Assembly: GCA_965211635.1 (NCBI GenBank)
Contig: OZ242948.1
Coordinates: 99,730-163,729, forward strand
DNA from: Dehalococcoidia bacterium
Lineage (GTDB): Bacteria > Chloroflexota > Dehalococcoidia > Bin125
Direction: 5' to 3'
Length of the DNA stretch: 64,000 nt
Part shown: positions 9,052-18,380 of the stretch, piece after piece
How positions within the stretch are numbered: position 1 is the stretch's first letter
Layout of the letters: each line of letters begins with the position of its first letter
Notes under the pieces: generated by a model
Database searches by the model: none
What the model was told of the DNA's origin: nothing
Seen by the model: the letters and a program-made list of their open reading frames with translations, nothing else
Position numbers and translations under genes: made by a program

Positions 9052-11685
9052 CTACGAGTTCGCCAACACGCGGCGCGAGCGTCCGCCATCCGAGGACTCG
9101 ATCACCCCCGTCTGTTCGAGCTGCTCGATCAACCGCTCGGCCCGCGGCCGACCAATCCGCATGCGACGCTGCAGCAACATCGCCGACACGCGTTCGTACT
9201 CTCGAGCCAACTCCGTGGCCTCGCCCAGCCGCGAGTCCATAGCCTCCTCGCGTCCCACTTCCATAGGGGAGTCGCCACGCGATATCGTTCCCTCACTCCC
9301 CCCTGAAAGGGGGGAGCTGTCGCGAAGCGACTGAGGGGGGTCCGCCTCCACGACGATGTCCGACACCTGCTCGGATCCCTCAGCCTCAAGCGCTGCCTCC
9401 AGTGTCGTCGTCAATGTCCGCAGGTCGGCTTGCGCAGCGCGCGCTTCCGACTCCGCCGCTGCCGAGGACTCATCCGAGAGCTCTTCCAGCATCACGTCAA
9501 GTGATGTGCGGTCGGTCGCCGACTGTGTCGGGGCTGTCCAGGCCTCGAGGATTCGCTCGATCTCGGCGTCGGAGACGAACGCCCCCTGCACGCGTCGTGG
9601 CTTGATCGAGTCCGAGGACATGTACAGCATGTCGCCGCGTCCCATCAGCTTCTCCGCGCCCGCCCGATCCATGATCACCCGCGCATCGGTCTGCGACGTC
9701 GTCGCGAACGCGATCCGCGTAGGGAAGTTTGCCTTGATCAGACCGGTGACGACGTCAACCGACGGTCGCTGGGTCGCCACCACGAGGTGAATGCCCACCG
9801 CGCGGGCCAGTTGCGCCAGTCGCACCAACTGGCTCTCGACCTCGGCCGCTGCGGCCATCATCATGTCCGCCAGTTCGTCCAGGACCACGACCCAGTAGGG
9901 CATTCGCTTCTCGACGTGGTCCAGTTCGTTGAAGGCGACAATGTTTCGAGCCTTGTTGCTCTCGAGCTGTCTGTAGCGTCGCTCCATCTCGGCTACCACG
10001 ACGCCAAGCACCGAGACTACCTCGTCCGACTCGGTCACCACGTGCGAGAAGGCCAGGTGCGGCGCGCTGCCGTAGTTGGTGAGTTCGACCCGCTTGGGGT
10101 CAACGAGGATCAGCCGCACTTCCTCAGGTGACTTCTGCATCAGCAGAGAAGAGATGATCGTGTTGATGCAGACCGACTTGCCCGATCCGGTCGCACCCGC
10201 GATCAACACATGTGGCATCCGCGTCAGGTCGGCGATCACCGGGTTGCCGCGTACGTCGCGGCCCAGCGCGATCGGCAATCCCACCTGCTGCGCGGCATGG
10301 GCGAACTCCTCCGACTCGATCAAGCCTCGCAGGGCCACGATCCGCGTGTCGGCGTTGGGCACCTCGACGCCGACTATTGGCTGCCCCGGCACCGGGGCTT
10401 CGATCCGAATCGAAGGCGCCGACAGGGCCAGCGCCAGGTCGTCCGACAGTCGCGTAATCCGGTTGACCCGTACTCGGGTTCGAGAGACCTCCTCCATTTG
10501 CATCATGGGGCGCTTGTGCTGATCCAAGAGCGGCGCGCCGGTCTCATCTCTCACTGCAACCTGCCGCGTCTTGATCTCCCAGCCTGGCTCGACTCCGAAC
10601 TGCGTGATTGCCGGCCCCTCGTTGATCTGCGTCACGCTCGCGTCAACGCCGAACGAGGCCAAAGTCTCGACAATGATCTGGGCCTGTTTCTCCGCCCCGG
10701 TGCGAAGCGTGACTGCCGGATCGTCATCCAACAGGTCGATAGACGGCAACCGCCAGCCGTCGCTCGCCGTGCGGTCGAGCGTGCGCAGTGCGGTCGGAGG
10801 CTTCTTTCGCTCTGCGGTTTCGGGCGACGTTGGTTGTCCGGCTCTCGCCTGCGCCTCTGTCAACGGCGGCCAGGTCTCTTCGGCGCTTTGCGTCGGCAAG
10901 GCCGCCGACGCCGATCGGCGGTCTGTGGCTGTCGGCTGGAGAGGCGGCGCCTCCTGAGTCGGCGCGCCGAGCATGTCGGGATCGTCGTGGCTTGTGCGGA
11001 GCACGCGAAGCGCATCCCAGATCTCGCGGCCGAGCCAGACGACCAGCAGCCCGAGTTGGCGCAGCGACCACAGGATCCCAGCCCAGAACCATCGCCCAAT
11101 CGAGGCAAGAGCCAACGGGCCTCTCTCGCGAATCTCTCGCCCCAAACGTCTGACCCAATCATCAAGCCTCTGCCGAGCAGCGATCAGCATCCGTCTCGCC
11201 AGGCCGGGCGCGACCAGCGCAAACGACAAGGCCAGGCCGAACAAGATGAAGAGCCAGCCGACTGGCGAGTCCAGCCATCCTCCGACCTGTCCACCTGCGC
11301 CGTACTGCGCGAGGGGCACGCCACCGAGCGATGCGTCAACCGAGATCGCGCCCGCGACGCCCCAGACCGCGATCAAGCCGAGGCCGATGCCAATGCTTCG
11401 AGCGATCAGTCGTCGATCCTTAAACAGGGCCTGTCGCACGCGCTTCCAGCCGACTGCCGCTCCCGCCACCGCGAAAGCGAATGCAAGTAGATACGCGCCG
11501 CCGCCCAACCACTGCACGACCGACTCGCGCTGATCCTGCAGCGGCAGCGAAGCTACCGTCACCCACGTCGCCGCCAGGACGGCGAATCCAATCAGCAACG
11601 CCCCCAGGACCTTGCGCCGATGCGTCGCCAGCCAGAGAGAAATGCGGTCAGGTAGCGCCTGACGGTTTGCCCTGCGTCTCGCCAT
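9052..11685 (-). CDS. ftsK: DNA translocase FtsK
   Basis: N-terminal TM segments. Motor domain …LIAGATGSGKSVCINTII…DELADMMM…. C-terminal gamma wHTH (…RMRIGRPRAERLIEQLEQTGVI…). Confidence 0.9.
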   Translation of the reverse strand: MARRRANRQALPDRISLWLATHRRKVLGALLIGFAVLAATWVTVASLPLQDQRESVVQWLGGGAYLLAFAFAVAGAAVGWKRVRQALFKDRRLIARSIGIGLGLIAVWGVAGAISVDASLGGVPLAQYGAGGQVGGWLDSPVGWLFILFGLALSFALVAPGLARRMLIAARQRLDDWVRRLGREIRERGPLALASIGRWFWAGILWSLRQLGLLVVWLGREIWDALRVLRTSHDDPDMLGAPTQEAPPLQPTATDRRSASAALPTQSAEETWPPLTEAQARAGQPTSPETAERKKPPTALRTLDRTASDGWRLPSIDLLDDDPAVTLRTGAEKQAQIIVETLASFGVDASVTQINEGPAITQFGVEPGWEIKTRQVAVRDETGAPLLDQHKRPMMQMEEVSRTRVRVNRITRLSDDLALALSAPSIRIEAPVPGQPIVGVEVPNADTRIVALRGLIESEEFAHAAQQVGLPIALGRDVRGNPVIADLTRMPHVLIAGATGSGKSVCINTIISSLLMQKSPEEVRLILVDPKRVELTNYGSAPHLAFSHVVTESDEVVSVLGVVVAEMERRYRQLESNKARNIVAFNELDHVEKRMPYWVVVLDELADMMMAAAAEVESQLVRLAQLARAVGIHLVVATQRPSVDVVTGLIKANFPTRIAFATTSQTDARVIMDRAGAEKLMGRGDMLYMSSDSIKPRRVQGAFVSDAEIERILEAWTAPTQSATDRTSLDVMLEELSDESSAAAESEARAAQADLRTLTTTLEAALEAEGSEQVSDIVVEADPPQSLRDSSPLSGGSEGTISRGDSPMEVGREEAMDSRLGEATELAREYERVSAMLLQRRMRIGRPRAERLIEQLEQTGVIESSDGGRSRRVLANS
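9293..9343 (+). repeat. REP/RPE-like repeat variant embedded in-frame in the ftsK linker
   Basis: ctcactccccccTGAAAggggggagCTGTCGCGAAGCGACTGaggggggtcc. Same three-part architecture as the core, with different loops and a compensatory second stem. Confidence 0.7.
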
Positions 11686-11736
11686 ACATCCGATGTATCG
11701 CCCCGGCGCAGGCAGAATCGCTGCTGCCGCAACGAG

Positions 11737-13428
11737 TCAGACCTGCACTGCCACCACTATCACCATAGGACGTTGGCGCGTCTCACGTCGAAGGAAGGCC
11801 GAGACTTCCTGCTGAATCTGGCGCTTGCGCTTTTCCCAGGTCGTCGACTTGGTCGCATTTGGCTTCGAGCGCAACACATCGCGGGCCACCTGGGCGGCGC
11901 CGGCGCGCAGACTCTCGGCCGCGTGAATCTCGGCGAACCCCCGCGAAGCCACCTCGATCTCTCCCGACACCGCGCCGCTCTCCATGTTCACCGGCACGGC
12001 GATCAACAGGAACCCGTCTCCCGCCAGCTTCTGCCGATCGCGAATGATCGAGCGATCCACACCGCCCACGTTTTCGCCGTCGACGTAGACATACTCCGCG
12101 GATATCTGGTCGACAACCGCCGACGCGTCCTTCGTCAACTCGAGCACATCACCATCCAGCATGATGTGCAGTCCGTCCTCCGGCACGCCCATCGACTGCG
12201 CCAGCCGGGCGTGTAGCACCAGGTGACGAAACTCCCCGTGGATCGGTACGAACGCCTGCGGGTCGGTCAGCGATATGACTGTCTTCAACTCCTCCTGCGC
12301 GGCATGTCCACGGACATGGACATGCTCGTGACCGGATGCGACGGAGAACACGTCCACGCCTTGCTTGTAGAGGTTGTTCAAGGTGTTGTTGACCGCCGAC
12401 TCATTGCCCGGAATCGGCGACGACGACAGCACCACCGTATCGCCGGGCTTGAGATTCACATCCCGATGCGAGCCGGTCGCCATCCGCGATAGCGCAGACA
12501 TCGGCTCGCCCTGCGCCCCGGTGCAAATGATCACCGTGTTTTCGTCGTGCGCGGCTCCGAGATCGGTGATTGGCCGCAGCCGGCGCTCGTCTGCCGCGAC
12601 GTAGCCGAGATCCAGCGACATCTCGATGTTCTTCTCCATCGACCGCCCTGTGGCAAACACCACTCGACCCGATTCCTCGGCCGCGTCGATGATCTGCTGG
12701 ATCCTCGCGATTTGCGATGCAAAGGTCGCAATGATGACGCGCCCCGGCGCTGTCAGCAATATCTGTTCGAGCGCCTCACCAACCACAGTCTCCGAGGGCG
12801 TCACGCCTGCCTTGTCGGCGTATGTCGAGTCCGAGCAGAGCAGGCGTACGCCTTCTTGCCCGTAGGCCGCGAGCTGCTGCAGGTCTGTCGGCTCGGACAT
12901 CACCGGCGTGTGATCGATCTTGAAGTCGCCCGTGTGCACAACGAGGCCTGCCGGCGTCCGCAGCGCAATCCCGAACGCATCGGGAATCGAGTGCGCGACG
13001 GGAAAGAACTCCGCCTGGATCGTGCCGAAATCGAAGTTCGAGCCCGTCCCCGCCTCGATCATGTGGGCGTCGAGGATTCCCGACTCCTCGAGTCGCCAGC
13101 CGATCAGCCCAAGTGCCAGCGGCGATCCGTAAATCGGCGCCTGGAGTTGGGGCAAAAGGAAGCGCAAGGCGCCGATGTGATCCTCGTGTCCGTGCGTAAT
13201 CAGGTAGCCGCGCAGTTTGTCCCGCCGTTCAAGCAGGTAGGTCGCATCGGGGATGATGTAGTCGACGCCGTGCATGTCGTCCGAGGGAAACAGCAAGCCG
13301 GCGTCCACGACGACCATGTCCTCGGCCGTCTCGTAGACCATCATGTTGCGTCCGATTTCACCCAGCCCACCAAGCGGCACGACGCGGAGCACGCCCTCGG
13401 TTACATCCTCAAGGCCAGCCACACTCAC
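11737..13428 (-). CDS. rnj: Ribonuclease J (metallo-beta-lactamase family)
   Basis: …VVPLGGLGEIGRNMMVYE…ITHGHEDHIGAL… MBL HxHxDH motif, plus beta-CASP and C-terminal domain. Confidence 0.9.
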   Translation of the reverse strand: MSVAGLEDVTEGVLRVVPLGGLGEIGRNMMVYETAEDMVVVDAGLLFPSDDMHGVDYIIPDATYLLERRDKLRGYLITHGHEDHIGALRFLLPQLQAPIYGSPLALGLIGWRLEESGILDAHMIEAGTGSNFDFGTIQAEFFPVAHSIPDAFGIALRTPAGLVVHTGDFKIDHTPVMSEPTDLQQLAAYGQEGVRLLCSDSTYADKAGVTPSETVVGEALEQILLTAPGRVIIATFASQIARIQQIIDAAEESGRVVFATGRSMEKNIEMSLDLGYVAADERRLRPITDLGAAHDENTVIICTGAQGEPMSALSRMATGSHRDVNLKPGDTVVLSSSPIPGNESAVNNTLNNLYKQGVDVFSVASGHEHVHVRGHAAQEELKTVISLTDPQAFVPIHGEFRHLVLHARLAQSMGVPEDGLHIMLDGDVLELTKDASAVVDQISAEYVYVDGENVGGVDRSIIRDRQKLAGDGFLLIAVPVNMESGAVSGEIEVASRGFAEIHAAESLRAGAAQVARDVLRSKPNATKSTTWEKRKRQIQQEVSAFLRRETRQRPMVIVVAVQV

Positions 13429-13459
13429 CTCAATCCCACTTCAATCCATGCAGCGAGAG

Positions 13460-14095
13460 TTAGAGCAGCGATCGCTGCGAATCGTCGTCGTCGAGCGAGC
13501 CGTGCGAGTGACCGATCTGCACCTGGGCGATCTCCGGTCGCTCGGCCTCCGCCAGCAGCGGCGGAATCAGGGCAAAGTCCTGCCGCATCGTCTCCATCAG
13601 GTTGGCATTGCGCAGGGCCGCCGCTGGGTGATAGACCGGCAGAATCAGCCACGGTCCAGCCCGAAACGGCTGACCGCGCGATTCGCCCATCTTCGCGTTG
13701 GGCAGGAAGTACTGGGTCGCGAACAGCCCAAGCAAGACGATCAGCTTGGGCCGTATCCCCTCAATCTGCTCTCGCAGGTAGACCTCGCAGCAGCCGATCT
13801 CATCCGGCATTGGGTCGCGATTGTTCGGCGGTCGGCATTTGAGCACATTGGCGACGAACACCTGGTCTCGCCCCAGGCCGATCCCGGCCAACAGATCGTC
13901 CAACAACTGCCCGGCCCGACCAACGAACGGCAGCCCTTGCTCGTCCTCGTTCGCCCCCGGCGCCTCGCCGATGAACATCAACTCGGCTTCGGGATCGCCA
14001 TTGCCCGGCACGGTCTGCGTCCGAGTTTCATGCAAGCGGCACGCCGTACAGCCGGCAATCATGGCGTTCAACGTGGCCAGCTTCCGAGCATCCAT
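13460..14095 (-). CDS. Uracil-DNA glycosylase, family 4
   Basis: …CTACRLHETRTQTVPGNGDP…LMFIGEAPG…EDEQGLPFVGRAGQLL… is characteristic of family 4 UDG. Confidence 0.85.
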   Translation of the reverse strand: MDARKLATLNAMIAGCTACRLHETRTQTVPGNGDPEAELMFIGEAPGANEDEQGLPFVGRAGQLLDDLLAGIGLGRDQVFVANVLKCRPPNNRDPMPDEIGCCEVYLREQIEGIRPKLIVLLGLFATQYFLPNAKMGESRGQPFRAGPWLILPVYHPAAALRNANLMETMRQDFALIPPLLAEAERPEIAQVQIGHSHGSLDDDDSQRSLL

Positions 14096-14159
14096 GTCGG
14101 CAGTCTACGACCACGCTCAAGTAGCTAACCATCTCAGGGATCCGCCGCAACAGTCCCAG

Positions 14160-14274
14160 CCGAGTCCCCCTCTCCCCCGCTCTGCGGGGGAGATGTCCCG
14201 TAGGGACAGAGGGGGCTCCGGCGCCAATGTAGGCGCGGGCCCCTTCACCCACTACGCGGGAGCTTCCCCCAAGG
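14160..14274 (+). repeat. REP/RPE-like repeat, copy 4 (covariant core 14160-14209 plus tail hairpin 14252-14274)
   Basis: ctctcccccGCTCTGCgggggagATGTCCCGTAGGGACAGagggggctcc. Loop 1 is altered. Stem 2 is changed compensatorily (GCC/GGC to GTCCC/GGGAC). Tail: gcttcccccaaggggggaagcgg. Confidence 0.8.
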
Positions 14275-14292
14275 GGGGAAGCGGCACTGAAC

Positions 14293-15171
14293 CTACGCCG
14301 GTTGACCCTCAGCCTCGTCGTCGTCCAGGTCCGACTCGATCACGGGAATCACTGTTCGATTCTCGACCAGCCGCACGAGCGCGACGCCGAGAATGTACAG
14401 GCCCAGCGTCGGCACTGCGACGAATGTCTGGGTAACGGGGTCGATCGATGGGGTGATCAACGCCGCCAACAAGAACGATCCGATGATCGCCCAGCGCCAC
14501 ATGCCCAGCAGTCGCTTTGATGTGACAAGCCCAATAGCGCCCAGACCCATCAGGAAGAGCGGCAGCTCGAACACGATTCCGGTCCAGAGCACGAACCGCG
14601 TGAGCATGTCGATGTAGTTGTTGATCCGCACCTGCGGATCGGCGATCTCCTGGCCGAAGTTGAGCAGGAAGTTCAGCGCCGGCGGCCAGCCGATGAAAAA
14701 CGCGAACGCGCCGCCGCAGGCGAAGGCGATCGTCGCCAGTCCCACGATCGGCATGATCCACTTCTGCTCGTTGCGCGTGAGTCCCGGATGGATGAACGCG
14801 TAGATCTGGTAGAGGATCACGGGCATCGCGCCGGCGAGACCAAGCATCAGCGAGATCTTGATGTAGGCGCCGATGAAGCCCAACAACTCCGTGTAGATCG
14901 GCCGGAACTCGGGCAGCGCCTCGCGTCCCGGCTCCAGCAGGTAGTCGAGAATCGTCGAAGCGAAGACCAGCGTGATCACCGTCGTCAGCACCAGGGTCAG
15001 CACGGCGACGGTCAGGCGCTGGCGAATCTCATTGAGATGTTCGCCAAGGGTCAGTTCACTGCCCTCGGGATTGTCGGGCGGGACGTCACCGAACTCGGCC
15101 GCGACCACGTCCAGGTCCGCGGGATCCGGAGGATCCGGCAGATCGGATGTCTGGGCGGGTTGCGTGGCCAT
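14293..15171 (-). CDS. tatC: Twin-arginine translocase subunit TatC
   Basis: …LTLGEHLNEIRQRL… and six predicted TM helices typical of TatC. Confidence 0.9.
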   Translation of the reverse strand: MATQPAQTSDLPDPPDPADLDVVAAEFGDVPPDNPEGSELTLGEHLNEIRQRLTVAVLTLVLTTVITLVFASTILDYLLEPGREALPEFRPIYTELLGFIGAYIKISLMLGLAGAMPVILYQIYAFIHPGLTRNEQKWIMPIVGLATIAFACGGAFAFFIGWPPALNFLLNFGQEIADPQVRINNYIDMLTRFVLWTGIVFELPLFLMGLGAIGLVTSKRLLGMWRWAIIGSFLLAALITPSIDPVTQTFVAVPTLGLYILGVALVRLVENRTVIPVIESDLDDDEAEGQPA

Positions 15172-15210
15172 CAGCAGTCAACCTGGTGGATCGGTGTCGC
15201 CGACATGTTG

Positions 15211-15807
15211 CTAGCGTGCGTCGCGTTCTGAACGCTCCGCGCCTTCAAGCTCGCGCCGCCGCCGATTCAAGGAGATCACGTTCGAGGGCCGAGCCGGTTC
15301 TAACGATTCGGCGCCTTCCTCTGCGCCGCTAGCAGCGCCTGCTGCCGCCGATGCGGTCGCCCGCCGCGGCCGAACCACCGGACGCCGTCGAACTCGACGA
15401 GTCTGTCGCATCTCGGACTCGGTTACCCCGCCCGAACCACCTTCTGCCGAGCCGCTGGCGACCGAGTCCTCTCCATCGCCGCCGTCGCGCGCCGCCTCGA
15501 TCGCCTCCTCGGTCATCGTCTCGGCATCCTGTACTGCTCCGCGAACGTCCTCCTGGGCTTGCTGGAGGTCGGCGCGGATATCCGCGTCGATCTGCTGCAA
15601 CTCGTAACGCTGCTCGATGAACTCCTCTCGAACTTCCTCAAAGTCGGTCAGGTACTCGTCGCGGAAATCCCGCGCGTGCTCGCGTAGCTCGCGGATCGCG
15701 CGACCGAACTGACCGGCAATCTCCGGCAGCTTGCCCGGACCGAAGATCAGCGCCGCCAGCAGCAGCACTACCAGGATTTCAGGGATGCCGACGCCAAATA
15801 TGTTCAT
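15211..15807 (-). CDS. tatA: Twin-arginine translocase TatA/TatB-type subunit with acidic C-terminal extension
   Basis: MNIFGVGIPEILVVLLLAALIFGPGKLPE… is the TatA/E/B N-terminal TM plus amphipathic helix. Confidence 0.8.
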   Translation of the reverse strand: MNIFGVGIPEILVVLLLAALIFGPGKLPEIAGQFGRAIRELREHARDFRDEYLTDFEEVREEFIEQRYELQQIDADIRADLQQAQEDVRGAVQDAETMTEEAIEAARDGGDGEDSVASGSAEGGSGGVTESEMRQTRRVRRRPVVRPRRATASAAAGAASGAEEGAESLEPARPSNVISLNRRRRELEGAERSERDAR

Positions 15808-15890
15808 CGGCAGTCAGCGTACCCGATTAGATCGTCTCCAACGCCCATCGCGGCTCTACTCGAACCGCTCCCATAACGGTACGCAGGCCG

Positions 15891-16148
15891 TCACTCCTCC
15901 GGCACGCCCTTGCCGACCAGGAAGTCGATCGCGTCCTGCACGGTGCCGATTCCCTCGGCATCCTCGTCGGAAATCTCCAGCTCCGGCACCTCGTCGCGAA
16001 ACTCGTCCTCGAAGGACATGATCAGCTCGACCAGGTCGAGCGAGTCGGCGCCCAGGTCGTCAACGAACGAAGCCTCCGGTGTCACCTCATCGGGGTCGGC
16101 CGAGAGCTGATCAATGATGATGTCCTTGATTCGATCAAACAGTGCCAT
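15891..16148 (-). CDS. acpP: Acyl carrier protein
   Basis: [15 protein letters not shown]…[14 protein letters not shown]… has the DSLD phosphopantetheine site. The ORF extends to 16163; start taken at MALFD. Confidence 0.9.
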   Translation of the reverse strand: MALFDRIKDIIIDQLSADPDEVTPEASFVDDLGADSLDLVELIMSFEDEFRDEVPELEISDEDAEGIGTVQDAIDFLVGKGVPEE

Positions 16149-16162
16149 GCTGCCATCCTCCA

Positions 16163-16621
16163 TTACTCCGCAGTCCCAGCCTGCAGACGGTTCCGTGTGA
16201 CCGCGCCCAAGACGCCGCTCACGAAGCGGCGACTACCATCGTCGCCGAATCGTTTGGCCAACGACACTGCCTGTCGAACCGCAGTGTTCGGGCGTACCGC
16301 GCCATTATCGAAGAGCATCTCATACAGCGCAATTCGCAAGATGGTCAGATCGACCAGCGCCATTTCCTCCAGGGGCAGCCGATCTGCCGTTTCTTCAATC
16401 AGCGCGTCCAGTTTCTCGCGGTGCTCGATTACGCCGGCAACCAGGCGAGCTGCGCGCGATGCCTTTTCCGCGGACATTGGGATCAAGGCATGTGAACGCT
16501 GCAAGGTCGCTGTTGCGCGCGCGGCGCCGAACTCAGCCTCGAACAGCGCGCAAAATGCCCGTACGCGGGCGTTGTCCTCGGCGTCCGGCCGGATCGGCGC
16601 TGGTCTTGCGCTAGCCGCCAA
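16163..16621 (-). CDS. nusB: Transcription antitermination factor NusB
   Basis: …[13 protein letters not shown]…[10 protein letters not shown]…[26 protein letters not shown]… aligns with the NusB family from memory. Confidence 0.7.
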   Translation of the reverse strand: MAASARPAPIRPDAEDNARVRAFCALFEAEFGAARATATLQRSHALIPMSAEKASRAARLVAGVIEHREKLDALIEETADRLPLEEMALVDLTILRIALYEMLFDNGAVRPNTAVRQAVSLAKRFGDDGSRRFVSGVLGAVTRNRLQAGTAE

Positions 16622-17558
16622 GGCTCTCCCGATCGCTGATGTTGACCAGCTCGGGCATCTCAGGGAGCTTGAGCGGTCGTAACGTGGTGCGCACCAGCCC
16701 GGTCAACACCTTGCCCGGACCCATCTCGACGTAACGCGCGACGCCCAACTCCTGCATCCGCAACACCGTGTCGCGCCAGCGCACGGGCCGACGAATCTGC
16801 GCGGTCAGGTCGGCGCGGACATCGTCTGCCGTCGAGAGCAACGCCGCCTCGACGTTGCCAACCACCGGCGTGACCGGATCCGATACATCTGCCTCGGCGA
16901 TGATCGGCGCCATCGCCTCGGCCGCCGGGGACATCAGCGAGGAGTGGAACGCGCCGCCGACATTCAGCATCACCACCCGCCGCGCTCCGCGATCTTCCGC
17001 CAGCTTCGCCGCGCGTTCGACGGCGGGAACCGTTCCGCCAACGACGATCTGACCGGTCGCGTTGAGGTTGCAGACTTCCGCGCCGGTCTCTGCGCAGACG
17101 GCCTCGACATCCGCCTCGTCCATGCCCAGCACTGCGGCCAGGGTGCCTGGGTTCTGTTCACCGGCAGCCTGCATCAGCTCGCCGCGCCTGGCGACCAGCC
17201 GCACCGCTTCGGACACGCTCAGTGATCCTGCGGCCACCAATGCTGAGTATTCCCCCATGCTGTGTCCGGCCGTGCAAACCGGCGACTCGCCCAACGCGGG
17301 GTGGCCGGCCACGGTCGCGGCACGCCAGGCTGCCAGGGAGGTGACCAGGATCGCAGGTTGTGTATTGACCGTTTCGCGCAGGACTTCGTCCGGTCCCTCG
17401 AAGATCACGTTCGAGAGCGATCGTCCCAACGCCTCGTCGGCTTGCTCGAAGATCTCGCGGGCTTCGGGATATGCGTCGTGGAGGTCGCGGCCCATGCCGA
17501 CCTCTTGCGCGCCCTGGCCAGGGAACAACCAAGCGGTCGCCGGGCCGCCCTCGGCCAC
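16611..17558 (-). CDS. fabD: Malonyl CoA-ACP transacylase FabD
   Basis: …AWLFPGQGAQEVGMG…GHSMGEYSALVAAG… has the GHSxG active site. GTG start at 17558, 1 nt after the rpmF stop. The upstream ORF extension overlaps rpmF and was rejected. Confidence 0.85.
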   Translation of the reverse strand: MAEGGPATAWLFPGQGAQEVGMGRDLHDAYPEAREIFEQADEALGRSLSNVIFEGPDEVLRETVNTQPAILVTSLAAWRAATVAGHPALGESPVCTAGHSMGEYSALVAAGSLSVSEAVRLVARRGELMQAAGEQNPGTLAAVLGMDEADVEAVCAETGAEVCNLNATGQIVVGGTVPAVERAAKLAEDRGARRVVMLNVGGAFHSSLMSPAAEAMAPIIAEADVSDPVTPVVGNVEAALLSTADDVRADLTAQIRRPVRWRDTVLRMQELGVARYVEMGPGKVLTGLVRTTLRPLKLPEMPELVNISDRESLGG

Positions 17559-17559
17559 C

Positions 17560-17742
17560 CTAGTCCTCCAGCTCGATGACGTTGCGGCCACGGTACGAAC
17601 CACAGGCCCAGCAGACGTGGTGGGCCTGGTGCGTCTCGTTGCAGTCCGGACAGGTGACCAGCTTCGGCCGTTGCACGCGGTGGTGCTGACGGCGCAGGCG
17701 CTGTCGAGTCTTCGCATACTTGCGCTTCGGTAGCGGTGGCAT
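17560..17742 (-). CDS. rpmF: 50S ribosomal protein L32
   Basis: MPPLPKRKYAKTRQRLRRQHH… with a C4 zinc ribbon, typical of L32. Confidence 0.9.
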   Translation of the reverse strand: MPPLPKRKYAKTRQRLRRQHHRVQRPKLVTCPDCNETHQAHHVCWACGSYRGRNVIELED

Positions 17743-17790
17743 CGTGTTTGCTCCCTCGGTCGTCCCACACAGATCGCCGTAGCGGTCGTG

Positions 17791-18333
17791 TCAGTCCTGT
17801 TCAATCTCAAGCTTGAGCGCCGCGAGCGCCGACCAACGGTCGTCAAGCGGAGCTTCGCTGGGCGCTTGGCTATCCAATCCGGGGCAATCCGGCCCGCAAC
17901 GCGGACTCATCGGTCGCCTCATCTCCACATATTGTCGCATGGCCTCGGACAGGTCGATCTGCCCGTCGATCACCGCGAACCCGGCACGCTCGGGTGGAGG
18001 CTCGATCGCGACTCCTTGCATCGGATCCGACGCCGGCCAGAACTCCTCATCGAAGTCCAACTCCAGCGGTACCGTCAACTCTTGCAGACAACCGCCGCAC
18101 AGATCACTGACCGAGGTCGACAGCGATGCCGTCGCCAGCACCGACTGATCCGTACGCAACAGACGCAGCGAACCCGAGACTTCAGCCTCAAGACCGACGC
18201 CTCGAGCCGCCGTCACCTCGTACCGTCGCAGCGCGCCAATCGGCTCCTGCAGCAGCGTGGCAACATTGATCAGCAGCGAAGTAGTCCGCCGAACCGCGTC
18301 TCCCGCGATCCTGCCCTCGGCAGTCATGGTCAA
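17791..18333 (-). CDS. yceD: YceD/DUF177 family protein (upstream partner of rpmF)
   Basis: CxxC…C pattern and the conserved position upstream of rpmF. Confidence 0.75.
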   Translation of the reverse strand: MTMTAEGRIAGDAVRRTTSLLINVATLLQEPIGALRRYEVTAARGVGLEAEVSGSLRLLRTDQSVLATASLSTSVSDLCGGCLQELTVPLELDFDEEFWPASDPMQGVAIEPPPERAGFAVIDGQIDLSEAMRQYVEMRRPMSPRCGPDCPGLDSQAPSEAPLDDRWSALAALKLEIEQD

Positions 18334-18380
18334 CCAAGCCTATCAGCGCAATCCCCGTCACAATCCGCCGCAGGTCGCTC

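Noticed and set aside
16611-17846. 411-aa fabD ORF including ~100 N-terminal residues
   Set aside because: The extension overlaps rpmF in another frame and is Arg/Thr-rich. FabD homology starts at VAEGGPATAWLFPGQG (GTG 17558).
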